Part shown: piece after piece, positions 1-8,638 of the stretch
Numbering within the stretch: position 1 is the stretch's first letter
Layout of the letters: each line of letters begins with the position of its first letter
NCBI GenBank assembly: GCA_012964335.1
Contig: DTUF01000047.1
Location: 13,817 to 77,816 of the forward strand
Source: Candidatus Poseidoniales archaeon
Lineage (GTDB): Archaea; Thermoplasmatota; Poseidoniia; Poseidoniales; Thalassarchaeaceae
Reading direction: 5' to 3'
Length of the DNA: 64,000 bases
Made by a program: the position numbers and the translations under genes
Notes under the pieces: generated by a model
Told to the model about the DNA's origin: nothing
Seen by the model: the letters and a program-made list of their open reading frames with translations, nothing else
Database searches by the model: none

Positions 1-561
1 TCTAGCGATATCGGTGATGTTACCTTCTACTTGGCTGGTAATTCAGTAGATGGTCACGGCTCAAATGATGATTCAGATGCATGGAATCTTCTCTCATTCA
101 CAATCAACTCCCCATCTAGTACTTCGGCTCAGGCCGATTTGGCTACTAGGGTAATTAGTGTAGGCGACTATCAGAGTCTTTTCGTTAGCGAACCTGACCC
201 CGCGGCGCTTGAGCAGGAAAAACAATTACAACTAGCAGAGAGTGTGTTTACAACTGGTAATACCCTATTCTTTTCTTCATTATGCGTCCTCCTAGTTGCA
301 GCAGTATTTCAACGTGAAATCCTTGAGCGCACGACCGGAGAAGGACCGCAACATTTGGCAAAAGATCTCGCTTATCCTGAGGGCTTGAAGAGAGGCCTAA
401 TTTCAGGTGTGATGTTCTTAGTTGGCTTGAATTGGTTAGCAACCGGCGCCCCAGCTTATCTTTACGCACCAGCAATTTTCTGTGGTTTTTGGGCCGCATA
501 TGGGGTCTACCGAACAGTTCGCTCAGCAAGAGCAGAACCGGTAGTGAAGGATATCCTCTGA
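1..561 (+). CDS. Partial (5'-truncated) membrane-anchored protein, probably with a Reeler-like domain followed by TM helices
   Basis: Frame is open from base 1 (SSDIGDVTFYLAGNSVDG..., resembling a Reeler/choice-of-anchor C-terminus). Three hydrophobic segments lie near the C-terminus. TGA at 559-561. Confidence 0.55.
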   Translation, partial: SSDIGDVTFYLAGNSVDGHGSNDDSDAWNLLSFTINSPSSTSAQADLATRVISVGDYQSLFVSEPDPAALEQEKQLQLAESVFTTGNTLFFSSLCVLLVAAVFQREILERTTGEGPQHLAKDLAYPEGLKRGLISGVMFLVGLNWLATGAPAYLYAPAIFCGFWAAYGVYRTVRSARAEPVVKDIL

Positions 562-562
562 G

Positions 563-1876
563 GTGATTATTTTGGACGGGGTTGTCCCCACCGATACGTC
601 ACAACATGTGATGAATCATCTAGCCGAAGCAAGTAAAAGAATTCAGCGCCTTGTATTCGCGTTTTTGCTAGTCGCAATTATCTGGGCATTTGTCATTGAA
701 GATATGTTTGCTTGGTGGCTGGCAAGAATCCCACTAGCAGAAGGTGCAGGTTCTCTAACGATATACAGCCCATACGCGTGGCTTGACACCAAATGGACAG
801 CAGTTGGGTTGTTGGCTATTTGGACGACCTTGCCTTGGGCCGCTTTAGAGTTGTGGAAGTTTGCAGAACCTGGTTTACTACAACGGGAAAAAGCATGGCT
901 TAGTACAATGATTCCAACCGGCATATTAGGTGGGTCAGTGTTAGTTATTTGGGGTTGGGGTTGGGGTTTCCCTCGGCTCGTTGAGATGGCTAATAGTGCT
1001 GGGATGATTGATGGTGTAGGGGCCCATTATGATGTGGTTTCACTTTTTGCAATGGCGCTTGCCTTTACCTGGTTCGTATTACTACTATTCCTTCAATCAC
1101 TAGGATTAACTGTTGGAAGAGGTCTTGATTTAATCACAGAGGACCCGCTAGATTCTTTGCGCTTGCGCTTACATTTTGTTTCGGTGACAATTCTGTATAT
1201 TGTTACACCACCAGCACTTCAAGGGTTATTTTTGGCGGCAACATTGACACTAATTTTTGCCAGTGAGTTCATTGCAAATCTTTCACCCTTGTCAAGTCGT
1301 ACACGAGGCCGTAAATCGCAGACAATTTTTGATTCAGAAGGGGATGAGAGAAGGGTATTACTGGTTGATTGTGCTTGTGTGGATGTTTGCCCACGATTGG
1401 ATCAAGAGCAATTAGGAAAAAACATTGGAATGATGTTAGCTAACGCTATTTGCCTGAACCCAGGCGAAGTGGGACATCTTTGTGAAAGAGTAGCCCGAGA
1501 GCAAATTACTGATGTTGTAATCAGTGGTTGTGATGGTTCGCCAACCCCAGGGAATATGAAGCGTTCTTTAGAAGTGATGAATTGTTCACTTTCGGGGTTG
1601 AATCGGTTATCAACCTCTATTCACGGGGACTCAGCCACACCAGAATACATTGATTTGGCCAACCGTATCGACCTCGCTAGAGCATCTCGACCATGGTCCC
1701 ACTCTGCCCAATCTCGGGCTCAGTTGAAGGTCATTCAGGGACAAGATTTACCTTCTACTCTTATTTCATCATCGACCAGTATTCAGCCATGGGGACTTAG
1801 ATTACAAGCAGATGACATATGGGTACATAATGGATCTAATCTTTCTGACCAAATTGATATTCAAATGATTGATTAG
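563..1876 (+). CDS. tatC: TatC-like membrane protein fused to a C-terminal Cys-rich soluble domain
   Basis: N-terminal HLAEASKRIQRL resembles TatC HLxELRxR. Also WKFAEPGLLQREK (TatC W.F..PGL...E), IVTPP and about 6 TM helices. The C-terminal ~180 aa carry CAC-x3-C...C...GC. Confidence 0.6.
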   Translation: MIILDGVVPTDTSQHVMNHLAEASKRIQRLVFAFLLVAIIWAFVIEDMFAWWLARIPLAEGAGSLTIYSPYAWLDTKWTAVGLLAIWTTLPWAALELWKFAEPGLLQREKAWLSTMIPTGILGGSVLVIWGWGWGFPRLVEMANSAGMIDGVGAHYDVVSLFAMALAFTWFVLLLFLQSLGLTVGRGLDLITEDPLDSLRLRLHFVSVTILYIVTPPALQGLFLAATLTLIFASEFIANLSPLSSRTRGRKSQTIFDSEGDERRVLLVDCACVDVCPRLDQEQLGKNIGMMLANAICLNPGEVGHLCERVAREQITDVVISGCDGSPTPGNMKRSLEVMNCSLSGLNRLSTSIHGDSATPEYIDLANRIDLARASRPWSHSAQSRAQLKVIQGQDLPSTLISSSTSIQPWGLRLQADDIWVHNGSNLSDQIDIQMID

Positions 1877-1924
1877 ATGAATATAACTTGAATACATGGT
1901 AGCGTATCATTCAATACACACGCG

Positions 1925-4276
1925 GTGGAGCGGTTAACTATGAGGCCAATCATTGCAATCCCTCTTGCGGCAATGATTTTAGTTGCTGGTTGGTATGTAA
2001 GTGAAGACCCAACAAGGATTGGTCCTTTCTTTGATTACCTTGATGATTTCACTCAAGAAATAGAAAATACTGCACCCAGTGTTCAAATGCAAACGGAAGA
2101 GCGTTGGTTGGTTGTAGTAGTTGATTTCCCCAACGCCCCTGAGACAGGATTTAGGAATGTTGAGAAGGCAGAGACTTTACTGACTGGGACAAACGGCGCC
2201 GATGATTACATTTCCGAGGCTACTGGTGGCGCCACAACACTATCCGTGACAATAATCCCTACAGTATATCATGCTCAGAATTCTGATTCATACTGGGGTC
2301 AAGACGAGGGTGATGTTAGGGATGTAGGACAGGATGGCTCAGACGGCCCAGGAGGGTTAGCCTCATCAGTCATCAAAAATTCACTGTCAGGAGTAGACCT
2401 CTCCCAATTTGACCTAGATTCAGATGGCTGGATTGACCGATTTCTCATTATTCACACAGCCGAGGTACAGGAGGATAGCGGCGGCAGTGGAAGTATCTGG
2501 AGCCATTATGGGCCACTCGCAGCAATGGTCGAGGTAGATGGTTACAAATTTGACCACTACACTATAGCCGGATTTGATTCAGGATTTGGAACAATCATTC
2601 ATGAAATGCTTCACCAAATGGGTGCACTTGACTTGTACGATGTTCACGGTCAAGGAACTGGTGAAGATTGGAATGGGCTTGGTGATTGGGATGTTATGGC
2701 AAGCGGGAATTGGAATGGGGTAAACGGACGCACTCCTGCTTTACCATCCTTAGCTACTCTAGATTTAATTGGAGTTGACCGAGCAACTGAGATATCTCTC
2801 AATAACCCCGGCGAGACACAAAACTATGTACTCAGCCCTATCTCTTCATCAGGTTCGGGCTTGTTCATACAAATATCTCCTAGTGAACGAGTGTGGATGG
2901 CTTACAGAGGCTCTAATGGCTTTGACAGCGACCTACCTGGCCATGGGTTATTGGTTACTGTCCAAGATACATCAGTAGGTAACTCGGCGCAGAATTTAAT
3001 CAACACAAATCCGGATATTCCTTGGTTGTATGTCTTAGAAGCAGATGGTGATAATGGCCTTCTTGCTGGCAACGACCAAGGCAGTTCAGGGGATACTTTC
3101 ACAACTGGTGGTAAATTTGGTGCAGAAGGTCGTATTTTGATAGACCATTATGGTCGCCAAGTCAATTGGATTGTTGAGGTAACTGAAGTTAGCTCTGGCT
3201 CGCTTTCTCTCACAATATCTACTTCTGGAGCACCTAGTTTTGAGGTACTCCCTCCACATCATCCCATTCAATTATTGAAAAATGAAGATTTACTGATTTC
3301 AGTCAACTCTTCAACTGCTTGCACATTAGGCGCTAATTTAAATTCAAGCGATGGTAGAACCGTGTCAATTGTTGAGAACACACCTGTATCTGTAGGTGAA
3401 TCAGTGGTCCGAACTCTGCGCTGGGATAGCCCGGGGATAGTTGGAGGTGAAGCGCGTTTAACAGGTCAATTTACTTGCGGTTCCTCTACTGCTCAACAGG
3501 TGAGTATAGATTTCCATACTATTGGGTTACGTCTTGTAAATACTGAATACAAGAGTGACATTTCATCTGACGATGATGGCTTTGTAAATGTGCCATTGGA
3601 GTTTAGTGGCTTAGGTCAGCAAGTTTGGGAGGTTAGGTTGGAGGGGCCGATTGATAGGATTGCGACAACCTCTCCCACTCAAAACTTAGGTGATGGGTCA
3701 AAGGTAAATCTAACAATATCTCCTAATGGACTCTTAGTACCAGGGATGGTGGCACGGGGTGAAATTGTTTTGCGAGATTCTCAAGGGTTAGAGCAAAGCA
3801 TTGAGGTCATACTCACGGCTGAACAGTTTGAACAAGGTGGGGAACTAGTTCGATTTTTCTCAGACCCAGCAAATTTGATTATTACAATGGCCGGATTAAT
3901 CGCATTGTCAGTATTACTAGGGATGAGGAAGAGAAAATCCCCCCAATCAAAGATTCGGGAGGCAGGGAGGCAACAAGCGATTAATCACTTGAAAACGGTT
4001 GGTCCCGCTAGGCCAACTCCTATGCCACAGTCACAATTTTCTGCACAACCACAGACAATACCTCAACAGAAGACTCAACACCAAAATGTCCAATCTGAGG
4101 GTTACTTATCGGAATTACTTGAAGTTGACAGTGGCGAGCCTCGCCCAGAGAGTATTTCTGACGGGGTGGCGGAATTCAAAGGTCCAGAAAGACCTAGTTC
4201 TCAGCCATCTCAGCAGTCGAAGGTAGGTATTACACACGATCCAAACGAGATTCCAGATTTAGATGATTTGCTATAG
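1925..4276 (+). CDS. Secreted, membrane-anchored M6 (immune inhibitor A-like) metalloprotease
   Basis: HEMLHQMGALDLYD zinc motif, WDVMASGNW, DLSQFDLDSDGWID and IWSH are typical of M6. N-terminal signal anchor, C-terminal TM and low-complexity tail. Confidence 0.85.
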   Translation: MERLTMRPIIAIPLAAMILVAGWYVSEDPTRIGPFFDYLDDFTQEIENTAPSVQMQTEERWLVVVVDFPNAPETGFRNVEKAETLLTGTNGADDYISEATGGATTLSVTIIPTVYHAQNSDSYWGQDEGDVRDVGQDGSDGPGGLASSVIKNSLSGVDLSQFDLDSDGWIDRFLIIHTAEVQEDSGGSGSIWSHYGPLAAMVEVDGYKFDHYTIAGFDSGFGTIIHEMLHQMGALDLYDVHGQGTGEDWNGLGDWDVMASGNWNGVNGRTPALPSLATLDLIGVDRATEISLNNPGETQNYVLSPISSSGSGLFIQISPSERVWMAYRGSNGFDSDLPGHGLLVTVQDTSVGNSAQNLINTNPDIPWLYVLEADGDNGLLAGNDQGSSGDTFTTGGKFGAEGRILIDHYGRQVNWIVEVTEVSSGSLSLTISTSGAPSFEVLPPHHPIQLLKNEDLLISVNSSTACTLGANLNSSDGRTVSIVENTPVSVGESVVRTLRWDSPGIVGGEARLTGQFTCGSSTAQQVSIDFHTIGLRLVNTEYKSDISSDDDGFVNVPLEFSGLGQQVWEVRLEGPIDRIATTSPTQNLGDGSKVNLTISPNGLLVPGMVARGEIVLRDSQGLEQSIEVILTAEQFEQGGELVRFFSDPANLIITMAGLIALSVLLGMRKRKSPQSKIREAGRQQAINHLKTVGPARPTPMPQSQFSAQPQTIPQQKTQHQNVQSEGYLSELLEVDSGEPRPESISDGVAEFKGPERPSSQPSQQSKVGITHDPNEIPDLDDLL

Positions 4277-4278
4277 TT

Positions 4279-4980
4279 TCAATAAATCTGGTCAATTAAT
4301 TGTGGGTTATCATTGGCTACTTTATTGACATTTGTTGATACTTGGTAATAGTCAATTTCAACAGCAGCAGAATGAGCCGTTTCGGCATCAATAAGTTCAC
4401 TTGCTTGGGTTGAAGATACACCGTCGTCAAGCCAAACTTGCCAATTTTCTTGGGAAAGAAGAACCGGCATCCGATGGTGAATATGATTGATATTTGAATG
4501 TGCTTGGCAAGTCAGAATTGTAAATGACTCCACCGCGTCTCCGTTAGTTGAGGACCACGATGACCAAAGTCCAGCAAGGGCGAGTGGTTTACCTTCCAAG
4601 TGATGATGCCAGTACGGTCTTTTTCCTTCATTCCCAGTGGACCATTCATACCAACCATCAGCGGGGATAATACACCGCTTATTGTTCAGTAAGTGTTTAA
4701 ACATCGGTTTTTCCGAAGCAGTTTCACTTCGGGCATTGATTGGTTTAATCTTTGAATCACTATTCGACCAACTAGGTATTAGGCCCCATTTCATTAGTCT
4801 AGTATGGCGGGGTGCTGTGCCATCTCCACCCACTGGTGGTGTTGCGAGGATTACTGGATGCCACATTGACGGTGCGATATTGAATCGTGGCTTTGGTGCC
4901 AACATATCAGGTAGGGGTTGAGTGTCAAAATACGCCGCAAGAGTTTGCTGGTCTGTATGTAAGGCGAAGCGACCGCACAT
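4279..4980 (-). CDS. SRAP family (YedK/HMCES) abasic-site protecting protein
   Basis: True start MCGRF (ATG at 4980) exposes catalytic Cys2. Also RFNIAP, MKWGLIP, INARSET, RCIIPADGWYEW (Glu) and IHHRMP (His). Confidence 0.95.
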   Translation of the reverse strand: MCGRFALHTDQQTLAAYFDTQPLPDMLAPKPRFNIAPSMWHPVILATPPVGGDGTAPRHTRLMKWGLIPSWSNSDSKIKPINARSETASEKPMFKHLLNNKRCIIPADGWYEWSTGNEGKRPYWHHHLEGKPLALAGLWSSWSSTNGDAVESFTILTCQAHSNINHIHHRMPVLLSQENWQVWLDDGVSSTQASELIDAETAHSAAVEIDYYQVSTNVNKVANDNPQLIDQIY

Positions 4981-5043
4981 GGATTCACGGTGTGTGCCCA
5001 GTGCTTGACAATTCCGGATATTTTTCTGTTGGTTTTTTCGCAA

Positions 5044-5077
5044 TCACTTTCACTTTGCGTCTGCTCACACCCCCTCT
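5044..5077 (+). promoter_or_regulatory. Candidate shared regulatory motif, copy 1 (TCACTTTCACTTTGCGTC-N6-CACCCCCTCT), upstream of the RadA-like gene and in the SRAP divergent region
   Basis: Matches the copy at 8572-8602 (minus strand) at 15/18 positions plus 10/10. Confidence 0.55.
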
Positions 5078-5128
5078 TGGGAAAGATGTAGGTGGAGATT
5101 CGGTTACACTATAATTCGGTGGGATCAG

Positions 5129-5893
5129 ATGAAAACAGATTCAGTAGGACGTGAAATTAATTCCGTTGCAGTAGGTGACTACAAATCAACTAATTTGGAT
5201 AATATCGTGGAATGGGGTGATGTTAGATTACAACGGATGTTACCCCCATTGACTATGGGGGCAATTCATCTATTACTTCAGGACCGAAGGGAATCGAAAC
5301 ATATCCTTCCAAGAATTGCTGCTGCAGAGTTGGCATCTGGGTTGAATGTTCATTGGGTTGATGGTGCTGGGCGCATAGATCCTGGCAATCTAGTACCTCT
5401 TCTCCATTGGCGTGGATGTAGGCCAAAAGATGGCTTGAGGCGACTACAAATTAGCCGCGCCCACACTGCACATCAGTTGGAAGCTCAGATTGAGAGACTA
5501 GTAGCCGAAGGTGAAGGATTGAGTAATTTGTCCCGTTTATTCATCATTGATGATTTAGCGGCGATGTTCAATGACCCCCAGGTTGGGCGCTCGCAAGGCA
5601 GGGCAATGCTCAATAGAGCTCTACTCAATCTCCGAAAATTAGCCAGTCGTGGTGCTTGTGTGGTGATTTCATCCGGTCGTGCTGGCCATGCGCCACTACC
5701 AAAAGAGCATCACATCCAATTGCGGAATAATTGTGATGTGATGGTGCACTTACAATCACTACAAGGCCGGAGAAGTAGTGGTTTATCCTTAACTTGTGTT
5801 GGACAAAAGGTTAGGCATATATGGCAACCTCTTCCAAGAAATCAAGCATCGCTCTCAGACTTTTGGCAAAATGATTCAAGCGTTAATGGCTGA
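5129..5893 (+). CDS. RecA/RadA-superfamily paralogue with degenerate Walker A (ImuA-like, PolB2-associated)
   Basis: HWVDGAGRIDP, LQISRAHTAHQL and Walker-B-like LFIIDDLAAMF follow the RadA/Rad51 pattern. The P-loop position reads QDRRESKH. C-terminal QASLSDFW is PIP-box-like. Confidence 0.75.
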   Translation: MKTDSVGREINSVAVGDYKSTNLDNIVEWGDVRLQRMLPPLTMGAIHLLLQDRRESKHILPRIAAAELASGLNVHWVDGAGRIDPGNLVPLLHWRGCRPKDGLRRLQISRAHTAHQLEAQIERLVAEGEGLSNLSRLFIIDDLAAMFNDPQVGRSQGRAMLNRALLNLRKLASRGACVVISSGRAGHAPLPKEHHIQLRNNCDVMVHLQSLQGRRSSGLSLTCVGQKVRHIWQPLPRNQASLSDFWQNDSSVNG

Positions 5894-8262
5894 CGTCTAC
5901 AACAATCGATTCCAGATTCATCCCAGCCAAACGGTGATAGTATTGCCCATATCGCTCTCCTTGCTAGCGGCTCATAGAATTCAACATCACCTGTGAGTTG
6001 GTAGGTTGTTGCGTTTTGCGATTCAATTTCGCTTGCTAGGCGCACTCTCTCGGTGCTATGTCTATGGCGCCATGAAACTACGGCAAACTTGGCCTTGTTG
6101 CCTGGTGGTATTCGTCTCCCTAATTTAGCCGCTCTAAGAAGAGCTGCTGTTGCAATTGTTTGAACACGTTCATCTCCTAATTCTTTCCGGATTCGCCTTG
6201 CAATTATGAGGTCTTTTAGTGCGACCTTTCCATCCTTCAAATTCTTTAATTCCCTATGTAAGTTAACAGTTACTTGGAATTGAGATAGAGATGATGGGTC
6301 ATCTTTGAGGATTTCAAGAGAGGTTGTTTGTAATTGTTCAATCCAAGTACAGGTTGAATGCTGTCGCAGTTCAATCCCGCGTACTTTCCAGCCTTCATCA
6401 CCATATCCAAAATATTTGGTCAAAGCACCAACACCAGTGGTTCTGTTAGGGATGAAACATATCCAATGATAGATATCTTCTAAATCTGCAGGGATGCCGA
6501 TTTGATTCAATAATTTTATCCTAATTCTATCTATAGAACGATTGCGTGAGGGTTCATCACGATTTTCTAAATCGCTTAACCACATAGAATCTACAATCGC
6601 ATGAAGTGTTTCCCACCCCTCTTCTGAAGCGATATCAATCGCTTGTAGTAGAATCTCTCTTGCCCACGCACAAATAGCTTCATGACATTCAATTCTACCG
6701 AATCTAGCATTACGATATCCGGTATATCCAAAGCAGGTAACTAGTACCCATTTCAGTGCATTTTGACGCCCATCCCATACATCTCCTTTTTTCTGTCTTT
6801 TCGATTTCAATTGCATTCGTCTCTCAATAATTGGGGAAACAACTCGCCCTAGGAATCCGTGTCTAAGTGTGCAAGTATGTAGATTCAACTCAGGAACTTT
6901 CATGGTCATTGGGATTTCATTTCCAGCTCTTAATCTATGTTCAATTTCAGCGGCCGCATCAGCAACCAAAAGTGGTAGCCTACCATCTGCGCTATCGCTA
7001 GGCTCAGTCTTTGGGTCACAACAAGAGCAATTCATAGTTTCAGGGCTTATGTTACGGGTAGCAATAATGCTAGGGAATAAAGATGCAAAATCGAGTTCAA
7101 CCACTGTGTCGTGAGCCCCAACTACTGGTTCGAGGTAAAGTCCTCCTCGGTCAGCTGCAAGTAACTCAAGACCATCTTTCACATCTTCCGGGCGATTTTT
7201 TTTCCATGGTACAAGTACTCCATCTTCCATTGCTTGGCGCATTTGCATGGCGCTGATTGCAGACCCTGGTGAAAGACGAGAAATGTCTTGACCGGAAAGG
7301 CCTGACATGCGAGCTAATTCTAGCAAGCCAGCAATCCCGCCTTCTCTAACGATGAATGATCCAGCCATATCAATGTGTAACCTTCCTTGTAGGGCGTGGT
7401 ACGATTCTTTGCGTAGCAGGTTACCGTATGACCAGGCAGTACGACCCCGGGTTCGCGGTACTAAATCCTCTGAGTTCCGTGAGAGATGTAGGGGTTGACC
7501 AACTCTTTCACTAAGTCTTCTCAGAGCGGGTAGGTCAATGCTATCGCCAGCATCTGTAATCAATACATCTGGGTCAATTTCCATCATTCGCAAATTAAGC
7601 AACCTTAGCATCTCTTCTTCATTTTCACATTCTATTGTTATTGGATTACCGGGATTTTCATCTTCGCCGAGTGTTCCCCGTGGTGTGATGATGATTCTCT
7701 TCAATGATGCACTAGCTGTACGATGGCCGTGGTCATCGTAACAATCTGTAAACAAGTGGGCAATTGTTAGTGGCGGTAATTCCAAGGACATATCGGTTCG
7801 ACTGTCAAGTGCAGTCAGTTTGTTGTTAGATATCTTAATTCTTCCAAATGGATGGACTTCTTTCTCAAGTAAATGTCTCTGAGCCATCTTCTGGTCTACT
7901 GAATACAATTCATGGTGATGCCAATTTCCTCGTGCATCAATCACTTCTGCTAATCTCTTTAATTTAGATGGACGGTTTGTTGAAACTGCCAATACTGAGC
8001 GAGCGCGTGTAGCTCCAAGTTCCACGAGATGTCGTTCAAAACGAGTTTGCAACTCTCCAAATTCATAGTGCATTTCAGCACGGTCAAGCCATAGTGCCAA
8101 TTGTTCTAAACGATTGATGTCGGCTGATACATGAAGTGCAACTCGCCATTTTTCACGCAATGAAATTGTCTTACAATCATCCAGTTTTACCCATGTAACC
8201 ATCTCATCCCCATCTTGATGGCAGTCAAGAATCCAACCGCTAACTTCAGTCAACTCTATCAC
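5842..8262 (-). CDS. polB2: Family B DNA polymerase, PolB2 (Dpo2) group
   Basis: Motif A ELDFASLFPSII, NISPET, motif B KWVLVTCFGYTGY, motif C altered to HAIVDS (typical of PolB2), KVRGIELR. Exonuclease motifs are degenerate. Confidence 0.92.
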   Translation of the reverse strand: MIELTEVSGWILDCHQDGDEMVTWVKLDDCKTISLREKWRVALHVSADINRLEQLALWLDRAEMHYEFGELQTRFERHLVELGATRARSVLAVSTNRPSKLKRLAEVIDARGNWHHHELYSVDQKMAQRHLLEKEVHPFGRIKISNNKLTALDSRTDMSLELPPLTIAHLFTDCYDDHGHRTASASLKRIIITPRGTLGEDENPGNPITIECENEEEMLRLLNLRMMEIDPDVLITDAGDSIDLPALRRLSERVGQPLHLSRNSEDLVPRTRGRTAWSYGNLLRKESYHALQGRLHIDMAGSFIVREGGIAGLLELARMSGLSGQDISRLSPGSAISAMQMRQAMEDGVLVPWKKNRPEDVKDGLELLAADRGGLYLEPVVGAHDTVVELDFASLFPSIIATRNISPETMNCSCCDPKTEPSDSADGRLPLLVADAAAEIEHRLRAGNEIPMTMKVPELNLHTCTLRHGFLGRVVSPIIERRMQLKSKRQKKGDVWDGRQNALKWVLVTCFGYTGYRNARFGRIECHEAICAWAREILLQAIDIASEEGWETLHAIVDSMWLSDLENRDEPSRNRSIDRIRIKLLNQIGIPADLEDIYHWICFIPNRTTGVGALTKYFGYGDEGWKVRGIELRQHSTCTWIEQLQTTSLEILKDDPSSLSQFQVTVNLHRELKNLKDGKVALKDLIIARRIRKELGDERVQTIATAALLRAAKLGRRIPPGNKAKFAVVSWRHRHSTERVRLASEIESQNATTYQLTGDVEFYEPLARRAIWAILSPFGWDESGIDCCRRQPLTLESFCQKSESDA

Positions 8263-8275
8263 AACCGTTGCAGAG

Positions 8276-8530
8276 TCATGATTCTAATTCTTCCACTTTT
8301 GCTTCCAATCTCTTGATTCTAGCAAAACAATCCACTATTACAGACAGTAACATTGGCTCAAGTGGGTCGGCGGTTGGCATCATCCCTCCTGCTGCCGCCC
8401 GCTCTCTAACTGCATTTGCGGCATCATCCAATGCCAACTTATCCTCAGTTCGTAATGCCCTGCGAAATGCATTCCACACAACCATTCTCTCTTCTATACG
8501 CATTCGCCATGTTGATACTGTCCGGCCCAT
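8276..8530 (-). CDS. Small alpha-helical PolB2-associated protein (arCOG07300-like)
   Basis: MGRTVSTWRM...W..FRRALR.EDK..LD...A.G......P....LLS pattern. Lies directly upstream of polB2, the known arrangement for this family. Confidence 0.85.
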   Translation of the reverse strand: MGRTVSTWRMRIEERMVVWNAFRRALRTEDKLALDDAANAVRERAAAGGMMPTADPLEPMLLSVIVDCFARIKRLEAKVEELES

Positions 8531-8571
8531 ATTTGATTAGGCCAAGTAGGGGGTTATAGTGGATTACTAGG

Positions 8572-8602
8572 AGAGGGGGTGGTTGGCGCAAAGTAAAACT
8601 GA
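8572..8602 (-). promoter_or_regulatory. Candidate shared regulatory motif, copy 2 (TCAGTTTTACTTTGCGCC-N3-CACCCCCTCT), upstream of the arCOG07300-polB2 unit
   Basis: Near-identical to 5044-5077. Followed on the minus strand by CACTATAA (8554-8561), 23 nt before the ATG. Confidence 0.55.
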
Positions 8603-8638
8603 AATTTCATCAGAACTTATAGTGATGGATGAATGTTC

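Noticed and set aside
4981..5043. N-terminal extension of the SRAP ORF from TTG 5043
   Set aside because: SRAP needs Cys at position 2, so the MCGRF start at 4980 is the credible one.
5842..8262. PolB as the marker of a casposon, provirus or pipolin
   Set aside because: The motifs are cellular PolB2-type, not protein-primed, and no cas1, integrase, capsid or packaging genes are nearby.
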